Positions 45,233 through 60,719 are shown, counted from the whole stretch's first letter. The stretch: 61,913 bases of DNA, filler included, from Hausera hauseri (GCA_046269625.1; 9 parts of 9 records of this genome joined end to end with filler, not necessarily neighbours in it), one strand, 5' to 3'. Notes: generated by a model from the sequence alone, not told the origin. A program made the numbers and translations.

Positions 45233-48200
45233 TTGAATTTTAGATGTGCCAACAATAAACAGTGCTTGGCTCAAATCCACGAGCTTGAAAATTGCCACAG
45301 TATTATGCAGAAATACTTCAGCCATCTACACAACAGGGCTGAGTATTATATATGCCCTACATGTGAGGTATTGTGCCAGACCAAATATGAAGATTTTTGC
45401 AATGCCCATAAGCAACATCTGATTTCCTTCACCAAGTCGAAAAAAAAATTCAATACCACTATGCCAATAATGTCATCCATGTCTAAGCAAAATCAAAGAT
45501 GCAGTTCATACGTGTATTGTACATGTTCAATACACAATCCTCAGGACTGTCATAATACTATGAGGAGCTATTATGGATACAAATTTAGTAGGATCCTCTA
45601 TTATATTGGCCGAGGATGTGACGCTGTATGTGATGGAGAATACATGCAGTTTTACGAAGATAATTTTGCCCATTTGACAGACTTCAAGCCAAAGTCCAAG
45701 AAGGTCATATTTGACGAGCAGCATCCTGCTTTGGAAGCACAGACTGCTTTGGCAGCACAGCCAGTTGGCCAGCCTGCTTCGACATTAAGGCCCGATGCAG
45801 GAATAAAACGCATAGCAGCAGCAGACGATGCTCCATCAAAAAGCCAAAGACAGCGGCCAGTTGATGCGGCAGCATTAAAGAGAAAATGCCGCAGATATGT
45901 TATTGATGCAACTGGTCAAAAAACCCTCTAAGACTTCCTCTTATACACAAAGGACGAGACAGAGGGAATTCTTCAGGACAACATGGTTGAGCTCAAAGCC
46001 CTTAATGTCAGTATGAAACTGGAGGCCACATACATCAATGCTGATGGCGATGAATCCAATAGGGCTTTCAAGACCAAAAATAAGCCCATTTATGAAGCCA
46101 CCAATATAGTAAAATGGCTGCAGGAAGAGTATGCGAAGCTGATCCGTGAAGCCGGAGAGAGCCAGCTAAGAAGAGCGAATGGACTCTGGAAACCATCAAG
46201 AGATTGCTTGTGTATGTTCACAGGTACTCTCCAATGCGAAGCTGTTCATATGTTTAGCTTCCGGAATGGATTGCTAATAAAAAAGCATGCACCAATGTCT
46301 TTAATGATGACAACATGTGTTTCATATATGCCATTTTATGTAAACTCGTACGGGATAAAAACATGCAGCAGATCGAATTGTGTGCAGCATAACTATGACT
46401 TCCAATGTTTTAAGTTTGCGCCATCCATAGATGAAGTCAAGAACTTCAGTCGAATCAACAATATATCCATTAGCATCACTGGATTGGATGATGAAGATAA
46501 ATTCTATCCCCTGCAGATATGCGATGTTGAAATGGAAGATCATAGGGATCTGCTTTCATTAGAGGATGGAGAAAAGAAACTCTATGTATGGATAAAGAAT
46601 TTTGAATGTCTAGTAAGATGCGAAATTACGATTAATCATGGGAAAAATGTAAGCGATGCCTGTCTCATTTTAGCGCTGATACTGCAATAGACAGGCTTGC
46701 AGAGCACAAGATTTACTGCAACAAAAATTACTGTATCAAGCCAGAATTTCCCAAGGAGGACTCTATTGAATTCAATGAGTTTGAGGAGAACTCAAGGTCC
46801 TAATTGTCGTCTATTGCGACTTTGAAGCTGTTTTCAGACCAGTTCAGAGTTGCAGTCCCAGTCCTCAACATAGCAGCACAACGGCATACCAATATCATGA
46901 ACTCTCATCATATTGCATGTATGCCAAAGAACTGGACAGTGAACCATTTTTATTTAGGGGTCCAGGCGCAGCAGCACATTTCATGAAACGACGTGAAGAT
47001 ATGACTCAAAAGCTTAAAAACATGCTTCAGCAGTATAAGGATAATATGAGCATGTCGTGGAAACAAGCAGATGAATGGCGCAGGTCAACATGTTACTTGT
47101 GCTCCAATTCATTCACCAAGGAAAATCATAAAGTCAAGGATCATTGCCATTTTACAGTCACATCGGGGCGTAGCACGCAACAACTGCAATCTACGCTGAA
47201 AAATATGCACATATGTGCCTGTAGTGTTCCACAATCTCAGTGGCTATGATTCCCACTTGATTGTTTGGGAACTGGGTAATATTGAGGGGAACATTGATGT
47301 CATTCCCAATAGTGAGGAAAAATGCATCACTTTCACCAAGCATGTGAGTCGCATTACACTTCACTCCATAGACAGCTTCCGCTTTATGAGCTAGTCACTG
47401 GATAGTTTAGTGAAGAACCTGCATGCAGAAGAACTCAAGGAGACGAAGCGGTTTTTCCCCACTGCATTTCACCTAATCAAGAGGAAATGGGTGTTTCCTT
47501 ATGACTATATAACCTCATGGGAAACACCGGATTAGACCTCATTGTCTGAAAAGAAGGGCGTTTACAGTATCCTCTCTGATTGCGATATCAGTGATGCGGA
47601 TTACCAGCATGCCTAGAATGTCTGGCATGCATTCCAATGCCGAACATTAGGGGAATACAGTGATATATCTCATCACAGATGTGCTACTGCTGACAGATGT
47701 CTTTCACAGTTTCAGGGATGTTACAATGAAGAGCCATGCTTTAGATCCGGCTCATTTCTTTACGGCTCCAGGGATGAGTTGGGCAGCAATGCTGCGCTAT
47801 ACTGGTATTAGGCTGCAGATCATCAAGGATTACAACATGATCCTTATGATATAGCGAGGCATTAGAGACAGAATGTGCCAAGCCATTCATCGGTATAGTG
47901 AGGCCAACAACAAGTGTATGGCCCAGTATGATCCATCCGAGGAACCCTCATATATATTATACCTGGATACCAACAACTTGTATGGATGGGTAATGAACGC
48001 CCCATTGTCATGTGATAACTTCAAATGGATCGAGAATCCTGAAAACATCCCTATATTGGATCTGGATCCCACTGGAGATACGGGATACATACTGCATGTA
48101 GATATGAAATATCCGGCTTCCATCCACGTAAGACATCAACAGTTGCCTTTCTTCCCTGAGAGCAGGCCTCCGCTTCATGAAAAGCATAGAAAGCTGCTCT

Positions 48201-49158
48201 GTCATTTGGGTAATAGGAAGAGGTATTCAGTCCATTACATCAATCTCCAGCAGGCAATTAGACATGGACTTTGTATTACCAAGATCTATACAGCCCTCCA
48301 GTTTAGCCAGTTCATGTGGCTGCAGCCCTACATAGATATTAATATCAAGCTGCGGACAAATGCTAAGAACGATTTTGAGAATGACCAGTTCAAGCTTTAC
48401 AACAAATCGGTCTTTGGCAAGACCACGGAGAATATCCCAAACAGGATCAACATCGAACTGGTATGCGACTGGAAGCGAGCAAAGAAGCTTATTTCCAAGC
48501 CTAACTTCCACAGCAGCATCATATATGCTGAGAACGTGGTCAGCATCCATATGCTGAAAATATCGTTTAAGTTCAACAAGCCCATATATGTGGGTATGAC
48601 AATACTGGATCCGTCAAAGACTTTGATGTACAAATTCTGCTATGACATCATGGTCCCTACATTCAAGTCCATACAGCTGATGTATATGGATGCTGATAGT
48701 TTCATCCATCAGATCCATACAGAGGACATTTGTGAGAACTTTTCTAAGTTGGCTCAGCATATGGATACGTTTGACTATCGGAAGAATCATCCCAACTATT
48801 CAATTACTAACAAAACAGGCCTTGGGAAATTCAAAGACGAAGTGAATGGGGCAATAATCGCGTGATGTGTGGCTCTTAAATCGAAAACGTATGCTCTTGA
48901 TGTATGCGGTCAAGCAAAGAAGCGGGCTAAAGGGTTCAAAGGGCGACTTTAGCCAAGAAGATTGTCTTCAATGACAATGTGAGTGTTCTTCATGAGCAGA
49001 CTCATATCATATCAGAGATGTGAAGGATCCAGTCTATGGCTCATAACATTGAGACAGTAACATTGCAGAAGAAAAGCCTAGATTGGATGGACGATAAGAG
49101 AGAGATCCTGGGTGATGAAATAAGCACATTACCTTACGGGCATGTTGCATTAATGTAA
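45233..49158 (+). pseudogene. Polinton protein-primed family-B DNA polymerase
   Basis: Endo VII-like C..C...VKDHCH, FHNLSGYDSH (exonuclease), YLDTNNLYG, K...N.VFGK, YMDADS; many stops and frameshifts. Confidence 0.9.
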
Positions 49159-49753
49159 ATATCTTTGTGTTTTATTTTTTGTATTAATAAAACTTATAAA
49201 AAATATCGTGTTGTATTCTTGATCAAGTAATGTGGGATATAGTATAAGGCCAACTAATTTCATAACACTTTTATTTCGCAACAACATAACTTTTACATAA
49301 CGCTAAACACTTTTTATAAGCACAATATAAACCATGTTCACAATAAATACATGTAATGTTCTTTGGTATAGATAACAATTTGCCGCATTCATATGTACAT
49401 ATTCGTAAATCTAAAAATGTGCTATTAAATATCTTCTTCTTCCGCCCATCAGCATGATCTTTGACATAGAATATGGATGCATGTATATTACATATATTCT
49501 CAATATNNNNNNNNNNNNNNNNNNNNNNNNNNNNNNNNNNNNNNNNNNNNTTAATTAATTAANNNNNNNNNNNNNNNNNNNNNNNNNNNNNNNNNNNNNN
49601 NNNNNNAAAAATAAAATTTTACGAATTGTCCAGATTCACCGGACAAATTGGCAATATTGGATTTAGCGTTTTTTTTGTTTAAAACGTTAAATTAAAAGTG
49701 GAAGGAGTTTTTTAATTACAATTTGTTTCCTAATTAAGCTTTTTTTTACGAGA

Positions 49754-50203
49754 ATGAAAATCAGTTTATTAGGAATGCCGATCATGAGCAAGAAAGAACA
49801 ATTTTTCACACTTATTCTGACGTTCTATCTGACCTTTCAAGATGAATTATTTGATTATGCGAACGATATTTTAATTGAAAATGCCGATACATTTGTGCAT
49901 TTCGATGAAATAAAAGATGCCATTGAAGATATTTTTAAAATTCTAAATATCGAAGACAAGCATGTTAAACAGCCGATTCTACTGAGCAATCCAGTTCCTA
50001 TTGGTTATTTAGTCGATCAAACAAAGTCGATGATCTTTACGGCCTTTTCCAAAGATGACTATTATCTGAGGAATGCCAGAACAACGTTGATTACAGACGA
50101 AATCCTTAAACAGAATTTAGCTAAAGAAACAAGTACTAAAAGTAAAGCAGAAATTCGAGAGTTGCTCCTCAATCCCCAGTCGGAAGAATCCTCCGACTTC
50201 TGA
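49754..50203 (+). CDS. Hypothetical protein (3' end overlaps the H2A remnant)
   Basis: 149-aa ATG-started ORF with no recognised motif. Confidence 0.25.
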   Translation: MKISLLGMPIMSKKEQFFTLILTFYLTFQDELFDYANDILIENADTFVHFDEIKDAIEDIFKILNIEDKHVKQPILLSNPVPIGYLVDQTKSMIFTAFSKDDYYLRNARTTLITDEILKQNLAKETSTKSKAEIRELLLNPQSEESSDF

Positions 50204-50376
50204 GTAAAGGAAACTACACTGAACTAGTTGGACCCGGTGCACCAGTTTACTTAGCTGCCGTTCTTAAATACTTATCTGCTGAAGTTTTGGAATTGGTTGA
50301 AAACACTGCACGCCGTAACAAAAAATCGAGAATCATTCCAGGACACTAGCAGTTTGTCAACAAAAATAACGAAAAA
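50158..50376 (+). pseudogene. Histone H2A pseudogene
   Basis: [59 protein letters not shown], read by hand. Confidence 0.9.
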
Positions 50377-52089
50377 CCAGATTCCAAGCTCCCTGAAGTC
50401 TGCGACCGAAAACCATGTACTAACCAAAATAAAACTTATAAATGGTGTTTGGAGCAAAGTACGTAATTTTTTTCTACTTTTGTTGTGGATTCTCTTTTAA
50501 TTTTAATTCTAAAAACGATTTAAATTCTCTGATTAATAGTTATTTTACAAAACACGATATAACGCCAATAAAGCATTATTTCCTGCGAGATTTGTTACGT
50601 CGATTAATGATGCCTATTAACAATAGTAGTAATCCTGTTACCATTCTACCGATTAATATTAGTATGTTGGGTCGTTGTTCTAGCCGTGATAGTATTCAGG
50701 AAATTACCAATGTTTGCTTTGAACCAGTAAATCAAACGTTTTGCGTTCCGTTGACCGTTCCCCACTGGGTTCAGGAATCTGGTCGGTTTTCGCGCGTTTC
50801 TACAACTCAGCCTGTATTGGCGGTGAGAGACCACCCACCTTATTCCCTATAATGTATATTTTTCATTTTCGATTCCGTAATAATTTTTTATATTAAACGA
50901 TAAAATAACATAACGCATGCGCATTTAATTAAAATAATAAAAACTGTACTTTCATGACTTCCACGTATAAATCTGACCATTCGACATTCTTCAACCCTTA
51001 TATACGACACTTTAACTAATGCATCCAATATTTTCAAATCTGGAGAACCAGTAGGATTAGAAATTTCAGTCGGTTTAAGACGTGGTTCACCAACAGGAAA
51101 TCCCCACGAAGAAATTAAACAGTCACCACCACCCTCGAAAAGTTTTCCGTGTCCTCCATTCTTCAAAGTCAATGGTCCGCCACTTAATGAATTGGTTTAC
51201 ACAGACAATAGATGTCAGATACCAGTTTTGTCAACATGAAAACGCAAGCATATTCCCTTCTTTCTCAATTACAGAATTTCACGAAAAAATTTCGGAAATA
51301 CCGGCGTTGCTCCCTTCGAAGAGCCTTACGACGCTTTATGTAAAGCCATTATAAAAATGTCAGAAACGCCTGTACTGGAACTGATAAAAAGATACATAGT
51401 GTAACTGTTATACACCGTTAGAAGCGCGCCGATGAGCTTAGCTCGATTTCGACGAGAAAACTATAAAATCTTTTGGGGTTTCCGTGCAATTCCCAAGAAA
51501 CCACTTTTTCTTTAATGTCGATTGCAAAATCTCCTGAGCATATTTCCGAATTTTTTAAATTGTCACGTACTGCGCAACTTCCGCAGCAATAATGCATAAA
51601 AGTCACGTGCGACGTGTCCAAAATTGCGTAAATTTGTCGGAAGTTACGCAAAATTGCGCACGCTATCACATGACCGGTCGTAAGGGAGGAGCATGGCTCA
51701 GAACATACATTTTACCCTACTATAATAATAATACTTAACTCTTCGCATATATGTTATGTAATTAATTAATGATTATGCAAGTTCATTTGTTGAAAATATG
51801 AAAAACAAAAAATGTCAAATATTGGAATTGTGAGGATATAATTGAGAACGGAAGTTCTAAATTTAAATCAGAAACATTTTTAAATTTAAATTAAGATTCC
51901 AATTGGGAATTGGTTAAAAAATTTAACTAAAATTAATTAATTAAATTTTTAAAGTAATATTAAAAATCTAATTTAAATTTGGAAAATTTGTACCAAAATA
52001 AATAATTTGGATTATAATAAAAATTTCTGCTGATGCTTACTTTTCAATGAGTAATCTCAAACGATCAAATTCTGATTTAGCAGACATAC

Positions 52090-53746
52090 CAGAAGGAGGG
52101 TATTTTAAAACCCTACCCCGGCTGGGCGATGAAGTGGACGGTGTGGATACGCACGCAGCCAACAGTACTTGTTTTTGTTTTAAGCCTCGATAAAGCATCT
52201 GCGTCTACATGTTTACTTCCGGGTTTATATTGGAATTCGATATTGTATCGCGAAATTTTTTTGGTCCACCGATTTAATCTACATGTCGGGTTATTTGCCC
52301 ATTTTTTAACGTTGTAACAGCTTTGTGATCGGTAACCATAATAATTTTCTGTCCGTAGACATAAACATTAAAAAGTTTTAAGGCTTTCTTTACGGCTAGT
52401 GTCTCTAGTTCGGTTACTGAATAATTCTTGTCGGTGTTTTTAATTGACCGTCCTTCAAATGCGATTGGATGTTCCAATTCTTGGCCTTCTTTTTCTGGGC
52501 CAGTGTGTAACCAATTCCTTCTTTACTTGCGTCTGTTTTGATTATAAATGGTAAGTTAAAATCGGGATATCTTACTACCGGTTCGCTTGTTAAAATTTTC
52601 TTCATTGAGTTGAACGCTTTCTGTTCAACATCAGTCCATTTCCATTTGATGCCTTTTTTAATAACCGATATAATGGTGCATTTATTTTCGAGTTAATTGG
52701 TACGTAGGTGGCATGATATCCGCATTGGCTTAACCAATGTCTTAATTCTTTTTGATTCTGGGGTTCCATACAGTCTGATATTTTGTTTAAAAAGGATTTA
52801 TCTGGCTTCGATCCTCTTTCTCCAATTATATATCCAAGGTAAGATACAGCATTTTGTGCCCATTTACATTTCTTTGGGTTCAGTTTTAATCCGGCCTGTT
52901 CTAGTCGCATAAGAGTATTCTCAATGTAGTTTAGATGTTCGTCTTCTGTTTTTGATGCTATCATTACATCGTCCAAATATGCGAACGCGATATCTAGTCC
53001 TATTAACATCCTATTTATTATTCTTGTGAAAATAGCTGGGCCGGTTGTTATACCGAACGGCATTACGTTAAATTTATATACTTTCGTGTGTCTTGAACGC
53101 TGTTTTATAACGATCATCTTCAATTTCCACTTGCCAATATCCTGATTGTAAATCCAACGTATTAAACCATTTTGCTCCTTATAATCTGTCTAGGGCTTCT
53201 TTTACTGATGGAAGAGTAAATGAATCCTTCATCATAAGCGTATTTAGGGCTCTGTAATCTATACAGAATCGGTGTTTAGTGGTACCTTTTTTCTTAACCA
53301 TGAGTATTGGTGAATACCAAGATTGATAGCTTAGTCGTATTATGTCATCTTTTAACATACTTTCTACTTCTTTTGTTATTTCAGGTCTTAACGAATGCGG
53401 CAGTGGGTATTATTTTGGCATCTTTTGCTCTTCCAAATCAATTTCATCATTGGAGCCAGGTTTCTTTTTTAATGGAATGGATAATCTTAAGGTTTTTGCT
53501 CTACCTATATCTTCTTCGTTTTGGGCAATAATTGACTTATATTTGCATAGTAGTTCGTAAAATTGACAATATGCTTCCGGCGAAAACTTAGTTTTGACAT
53601 GAGGTGGAAATTTAGCATATTTATATGGTTTTTCGTCGATTGTTATTGCTGGAACCTTATAGGTATGACCCAATGTAGTATTAGCATACAACTTTACGGG
53701 AATTGGTGCATTATTTACTAATCTGATTGGTACTCTTCCTGTCGTT
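52090..53746 (-). pseudogene. Ty3/Gypsy pol (RT-RNase H), same family as 22454-23779
   Basis: AYLDD, KTDASKEGIG, NYSVTELE, TDHKA; collinear with the contig 2 copy. Confidence 0.9.
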
Positions 53747-53846
53747 NNNNNNNNNNNNNNNNNNNNNNNNNNNNNNNNNNNNNNNNNNNNTTAATTAATT
53801 AANNNNNNNNNNNNNNNNNNNNNNNNNNNNNNNNNNNNNNNNNNNN

Positions 53847-55610
53847 TTTGCTGCATGTCAACGGCGTGCTAAAAGTGGTCCGAGTTTTTGCCTGATGGTT
53901 TAGGATTTTCGGTGATGATGTGATGGAACGTTGCGCTGTCTGGTCGAAATGCTGGATCTTTTTAATCGTATTAGAACAAGACTTGGTGAGGTATTGCTGT
54001 AGTTCCTGGTTTAGCGAAGAAACGGCTGTTGTTGATAAAGGGGTTCATTGATTGGATGTAGTGCAAGAAGCGACAGAAAAGGAACTGTTTAAATGGTCCT
54101 TGTAAATGCCTTTTATTTTTATACATTCAAAATGTGACGAAAACGTAAAATTATTTGAGTTGGTATTAATAAAAGTTTGATTTATATTAACTGATGGCTT
54201 TTTAATATTTATTTGACAGGCGAGACAGACTGTGCAACCGATGAGGGCTATTTGTAGAAGTTGAATTATTTTTAACAGCCCAACGTTGCCTGCAATCTAC
54301 CAGTAGATTATAGAAAGATAAGAAATCTGACCCCAGTATGGGTGATTGGGTACCAGCTACGATGAAAGTCCATGTAAAAGTTTCAGGAAAAGAGTGTGAT
54401 TTGAAAGAGATTGTTGAAATGCCTAATACACGACCTTGCAGATCTGGAATTGTGTGACGAAGCACGATTACGATCAGCTGCGAAACGATCTTGTCACGGC
54501 ATAGACAGGACGTTTAGTTTAGATGTCAGAGCTGAAACTGCCTGGTGTATTGCGACATTTTCAGAGCGCAGAGTTTATTTGGTTGTTTAACGATAAAATT
54601 TCTGTATTAGGTTATGTTGTAGATGATTGTAATGTGGCAGCAACAACTGTCCTAGTGTGTATGTAATATCATGTGACTTTTGTAGCCTAGTTGTGTTAGC
54701 TTTTCTAATGTTAATGTACTGCTACAACAATTAGTAGAGCGATTATTTCCTTCGGTAATGACTGCAGGAAATATTTTCGCCACATGTAGGCATTATTTGT
54801 TTGATTTACACCTACCGTATTTAGTTGGAACAAAGACGTTTGCAAGAGTTCGGAAGGCTTTTCGGTGCCTATCGTATTGCCGTTGAAGTATTTTTGGACA
54901 ATTCTATCCTAAGAAGGTTAAGATCGTTTTAAAACGACATTAAAGGGTGTTTCATACGCGTCTGCGGTTTGAAAAATTTCAGAAATGTTTGGAAGTAGTG
55001 ATTTAAGACTAGGTGTTAAGAGCATTAATAGGCTATTTGTCTTTAAGAAAGCGTAAGTGATGTTGTTTGATTTCAGCCATTAAGCGTGGAAATCCAAGCT
55101 ATTCTCGGATGGAATGTTGCTTGTCGGTGAAGTAGTCGATGCATGGGAAATTGACTGAAGACGAAGAATGCGGGTAGATGGAATATCAATGAGTTACAGT
55201 GAATTATTTTGTGAGGAATTTGGATCGGTACCGCGGAGTAAGCGATGACATAAAGTAAGGATTAACGGTGAAGAAAACGACGAACGAAAAGACGAAGCAA
55301 GATTGGAAGAGTGCAAAGGGTAACCATTGGTGCATAATCTACAGTTTTTTAAATTAGTCTGGTTATTCAGCTCACCAGACAAATCCTCAACCGTTGCCGT
55401 AACATGCGCATTGTGTATATGTATTTTTCTATTTAGAAAAAAACGTTTATCAAGAAAAAGGTGCCTGATTTGTTGGAGCATAGTGTGTCGCCCGGCACGC
55501 GGGCGCATTAAGACTGCTGGTGCGGAAACACTTGGGCCACGTAACCGGGGGACAGACACTGCGGTCTCCACCCGACGACTCTTGCTCGGTGGCAGTGTAG
55601 TGTATTCATC
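53847..55610 (-). mobile_element. Decayed Gypsy gag-protease region
   Basis: WTFIVA....PILGSDFL....LLVD (protease C-terminus); IGTEKPSELL (gag-like) near 54850. Confidence 0.6.
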
Positions 55611-56519
55611 TGCAGATTTAATGTAGAAATATTACAGCGTCACGTTACTTTTCATCAAAAATTTATTGACCTTTATTTAGAATCCACTTGTCGGCTCGAG
55701 GTCGATGCTTATTTCGTTATGAAAAGAAATTTCCAAAACCACATGAGGATATGAATCATTTTAAGAAGCGATTTGGACTCTTCTAATAATCGTTCTGATC
55801 TGTTAACCTGTAAACGTGCTCTATTTATTTTTAAAATTGATGAATCGAATAACGTATCAGGGTCTTGGCTTGAAACACCTTCTAAGTACAGCAGTGTTCT
55901 TGCTCGATTGACATTAAATAAGTAGAAGTTCTGTCTTGTGCTAATGCTTGAAATATGTGAAAAATAGGTGAAAGTTTGGAATTGAACTAATTGTGATCGA
56001 TTGTGGTTTTCAGACAGTCAAGACTTAATAAAGAATTATGTGGAAGAGGACTAAGGAAGGTCATAAAATTTAGACTCGCAATACTGTCAGAATTGAAAGA
56101 TTTTAATCTGCCATGAAACATGACGGTATGACGATAAATATTCGTAGCTGGTCGGTAATACAAATTATGTAACGATCTCCAAATCAGTTGATTCGTTGTT
56201 TCTTCTAATTCTTCATCCGTTTTCTTGCCATTAAAATGTGTCATAAATTTTATAACTGGTGTACTAAAACGTCGTAAAGCCCGGTAAAAAGTCATATCTG
56301 ATGGAAGCATAATGACACCAATAAAAGTCCGAATTTTTGCTAAAGGTGTTTTTGTGGGATGGGCAATCATATTTAGTAGTCAGAAAATATGTTAAGCATT
56401 ACCTCGGGGGTGGGTGGGGGGGTAATCGGGAAATCAAATTTGCAAATGTGCCAATCGATAGTGCGCATGGTGCTCTATCGATCCGTAGAGTCTTAGGCGA
56501 CCGTGCCGCTAGGCACCGT

Positions 56520-57160
56520 TGCTAAGGGCACTTTTGCACTTTTGACAAATAGATCGCTGCACAATGCAGTATTGATTGAATCGATCGGGTCAACGTGCTA
56601 ATCGATAGTGCACATCGATTGGTGCACAGTACAGTTGTGCAGCACATGTGCAAGTGTGCAAAAATCAATAATATCGGATTTCCGATATTCCCTATATTCA
56701 TTATTGGGGAAAGGCTCCGAGTGCAATCGAAAGCACATATGATGGACTGTGTGCATGTGCGGTTAAAATTTAAGTCGATTGATTGATTTACGAATAATTC
56801 CAATTGGTGTAGAACCGCCGCAGGCCTTTCCGGTATAAATTTTAAATCAATAAAATCAATATGGCACATATACTGGTGTGTACAGTAGACGATGTACTTT
56901 CCATCAGTGCACTAATCGAGTACGGTGTGCACTTGGATACGGTTGCCAGGGCACTTTTTCATTTTTCACATTTTGGTCACTGGGCAGCATAGGATTGATG
57001 AAATTTATTGGGATCAAGTGCTAGTGGATAGAGCACATCGAGATGCACTTTAATATATGGTTTGCAGTGCAAAAACATGTGTGCAAGTGTAAAAAAATCA
57101 ATAATATCGAATTTCCGATATTTCCAATATGGATGATTGTGACATGTGACCGGGTTCAAT
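56520..57160. repeat. Diverged internal duplication (~420-bp offset), non-coding
   Basis: GGGCACTTTT at ~56526 and ~56950; GCAAGTG..AAAAATCAATAATATCG.ATTTCCGATATT at ~56650 and ~57083. Confidence 0.6.
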
Positions 57161-57967
57161 CGAAAGGAAACATGGTGTAGTATAGGAATTTGCAGTTAGA
57201 ATTTAAATTTATTTATTAGATATTGATGAATATCGATCCAAAGTGCAAATGGGCCGAAATTTCAATCGGTTTTTATGCCCTAGGGAAGCAAAATTCGATA
57301 TAACATTGAGCGGGGACAGATAGGAAATCTACTATGGCGAAATCGAATCTCGAGTCAGATATTCGAAATTCGAATATTTTCGAGCTCGAATATAGACGTT
57401 CGAACTATTCGAAAAATCTAACGGCGGGAATTGATTTTTCGTATATGAAATCCCCTTTGTGCATAAAAAATATTCCGTGAAAATGTACTATATAGGCACA
57501 AAATCAATATTTCAAAATAAGCAAAATGTGCATTTGCCGTCCAGTGAAGCGGTAATCGATAAATCTAATAGCGGGACGGGATAGGAAGTTATGTATGCGG
57601 AATGGGAATATGATGTTATATGAAAACCTATTTGAATATGGCGCAGCCACAGATTTAAATCATCTGATACATTAAAACAAACGCATGATATTGGCAAGCA
57701 ATACAATGGCGTTTGTTTTAATGCATCAAATAATTTAAATATGTGGCGGCGCCATATCGGAATAGGTTTTCATATATGCTGAATCGATTAAATCTATTTG
57801 ATTCTTCGAATAATGCATGTTTGACCGAGTTATCGAGTTTNNNNNNNNNNNNNNNNNNNNNNNNNNNNNNNNNNNNNNNNNNNNTTAATTAATTAANNNN
57901 NNNNNNNNNNNNNNNNNNNNNNNNNNNNNNNNNNNNNNNNCAAACGACAAAAACACCTGATCCATGG

Positions 57968-60719
57968 ATGAGAACCTTCCCTTCAAATAAAACCCTAGAA
58001 AATAATCTGATAAAAAGCATTGATCATAAAATAACGTATACACGGAAAGGCCAAAAATGTATAAGGTTTATGATATTTGAAAGATTACCCAACTGGTATA
58101 TGATAGGAATTCAGGCGATTCATGAGCATGATTACGAAAGAAACCCAAAACAACGAAAATATGATTGTGGACTGACTTATGGGAAGAACACGACAGACTA
58201 TATAGTTATTGACTCTGGCAATTATCTTATATATTATACTCTGATCAAGAGGCATAAGAATCGTTATCAATGGCAATATACTACGTGCCGAAGTATAATA
58301 CAGGTTCCTACTAGACGAACAATGAATGCAACCAAACTAGATAAAATAATAATAACTCAATTCATTGTTAAATCGATAGCATTTAAAAGTGGACGAAGCT
58401 GTATTGAAATTAGGACAATGGTGGAGTTAGAAGAAGACAGAACAATAAGCATAATACTTACAGACATTCAAGAAAAGCAAAGGATATCAATAATATGCCA
58501 TTTAATCAACGGGCATTTACGAGTTTGTTGTAGCGCCCTTCGAGGAAGAACCTACGACGTGGAGTTTAAATTAGTACGAAAGGATTTAAAGACGGTCAAA
58601 ATACTAACTCACCAAGGACCCAGAACATATGTTCAACACAAAAACATCACTGAATATGACGACCAACAATCAAGTGTAACGATATCTCTTGTGAATTCAT
58701 TGCCAACCAATAAAACAAAAATAAATGTCGGAGAAACAACCGTTCTCATTCGACCCCATACCTTATTTTATCGTCACAAACGTTCGGTTTTAGAAAATTT
58801 CACTATATCTCCAACGTACATGTCTTTAGTTGTAGCTACCCAACCTGATTCAAACTTTTATAAAATTAAACTCATTTCCAAATTAGATCAAAAGATTATA
58901 ACAAAAGGCATAATTACGCCGGACGATACATAGTGCCATGTGCCGGCCTAAATCCAAATACTAAATATACGGTTACACTACAATTATACTATAACGATAA
59001 CACGATAATTGCTACTAAATAATTGACAGTTACGACAAAAGCCAAAATACAACAAAAGTAGAAAATAAAAAAAGGATTACAAACACTAGTAAAAATCCAC
59101 AACTACCAAAAGCAAGTTACACCTATTTCCGTATAGAATTAATGATAATATGTACGATCATCCCTATAGCCTAATTATAATATTGATATTAGCAATAAAG
59201 GTGACTGTTTATTTACAAGAACATCGCAGATAGAGTTGGGCTAGAATAGACTTGCGACGGATTCAAAATGATTTGGATATACCGAATACAAGCTGACGGT
59301 GGTGGAACCGGATTGCCGTTAAAGCAATCCGAATTATGACGGTAACTGAATGTCTTAGTTACCCTACTACTTCTGTTACATAAAAATACAACTATAACTG
59401 ATACCATAAATGAATGGTTGATAACTGTTGTTATTGTTAAGTAAAATGCGTACCTTATTGACTATATTTTCTATAGACCCTATGTCAATCCCAACTCTGC
59501 AAAGAAGTAAAAATTGGTTCGAGAATGCTAAAAACCATCTGATGAACGCCAGTGCCTCTAATCCATATTATATAATACTGAATTACAATTCTTTTAGCTT
59601 TAACTATTCGGCAGTCCAGCAGATCCTAAATAATTTGAAAGGTTACTCGCAAAGTAACAGATCGTTAGCTCTGATACAAATGACTAAAGCCACGTCATTT
59701 TTAATAACTGACATATTCACCCTCCCTGATAAATATCACAGTCGCAATGTCTATAACAAAATTGGGAAATTCCAATTGAAAACTAAAGAAAGGAAATCTC
59801 AGTAACAATGTGATTTGATTAATCTTGACCCAAATCACGCGATATCGTTGGAATATAAATTTCTAAAAAAGACAATGTTATCAAAATCAAATCCCTAACT
59901 AATAGAATCAGTTTCGCTCTAGAAGTCATCAGATCAGAATCCTTCTGGACAACCCCAGTACAAGGTAAAACATTCAATTTGGCAGAGCCTGATTATCTTA
60001 AATATGCAACAATTCCATACCGACGCCTATCCACTATTACAAACGAAGATATTGCAATCGCCGCAGTCAATTTAGCTTACGATCAATTTAATCAATTCAC
60101 TCCTCTAGAGTGTTCAATTATCAGCTTACGAGCAGACTCATTGTTCTATGCAATAGTCACTCCCAGACAGAGAATCAATAATTTCGATACTCACATTACC
60201 GGATTATCAGAGACTAGTGTTACCAACCAGATGGATGCTAATACTTTCAATCAAAAAGTATCGGAAATATTAAACGATAAACTCGTAGCGGGAGCTGCTG
60301 TTTACGAGATGTTAACCAAACATCTTAAAGTCCCGCTCAGAAGGATCATAGGAATTCGTGATATTCTCCATCATGAAGAAGAGATCCAAAAGTGCAAACT
60401 CAATAGCCCCAATTACAAGGAATTAGCGAAAGGTTTTTATGAGATGCGTGCCATGCCCTTACGCAGTATAGTCCTAGTTCAATGCTATCATGTAATTTAT
60501 AACAATTTACATTGGAGTGATGAAATAATCAACGAGAATACATCGGCTGACAAACTTCTCAAGAAACCATCAACCTCCTCAAGAAAACGACAAATAAAAA
60601 TCGATGAAGAAATCCCACTTGATGGAGAAACTACGCTACAAAATATCTTCCAGCAAAACAATCTTCCAACCGTTAAAACACTAAATTCGGGACAATTTAC
60701 TTTGACCCCCATCGAATGA
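57968..60719 (+). pseudogene. Long interrupted ORF with FN3-like repeats, upstream of a Gypsy LTR/gag
   Basis: Successive plus-strand ORFs broken by single stops; SALRGRTYDVEF and NPNTKYTVTL resemble FN3 strands E-F. Confidence 0.4.

Noticed and set aside
50888-51400. Possible transposase remnant on the minus strand
   Set aside because: No catalytic motif could be identified with confidence
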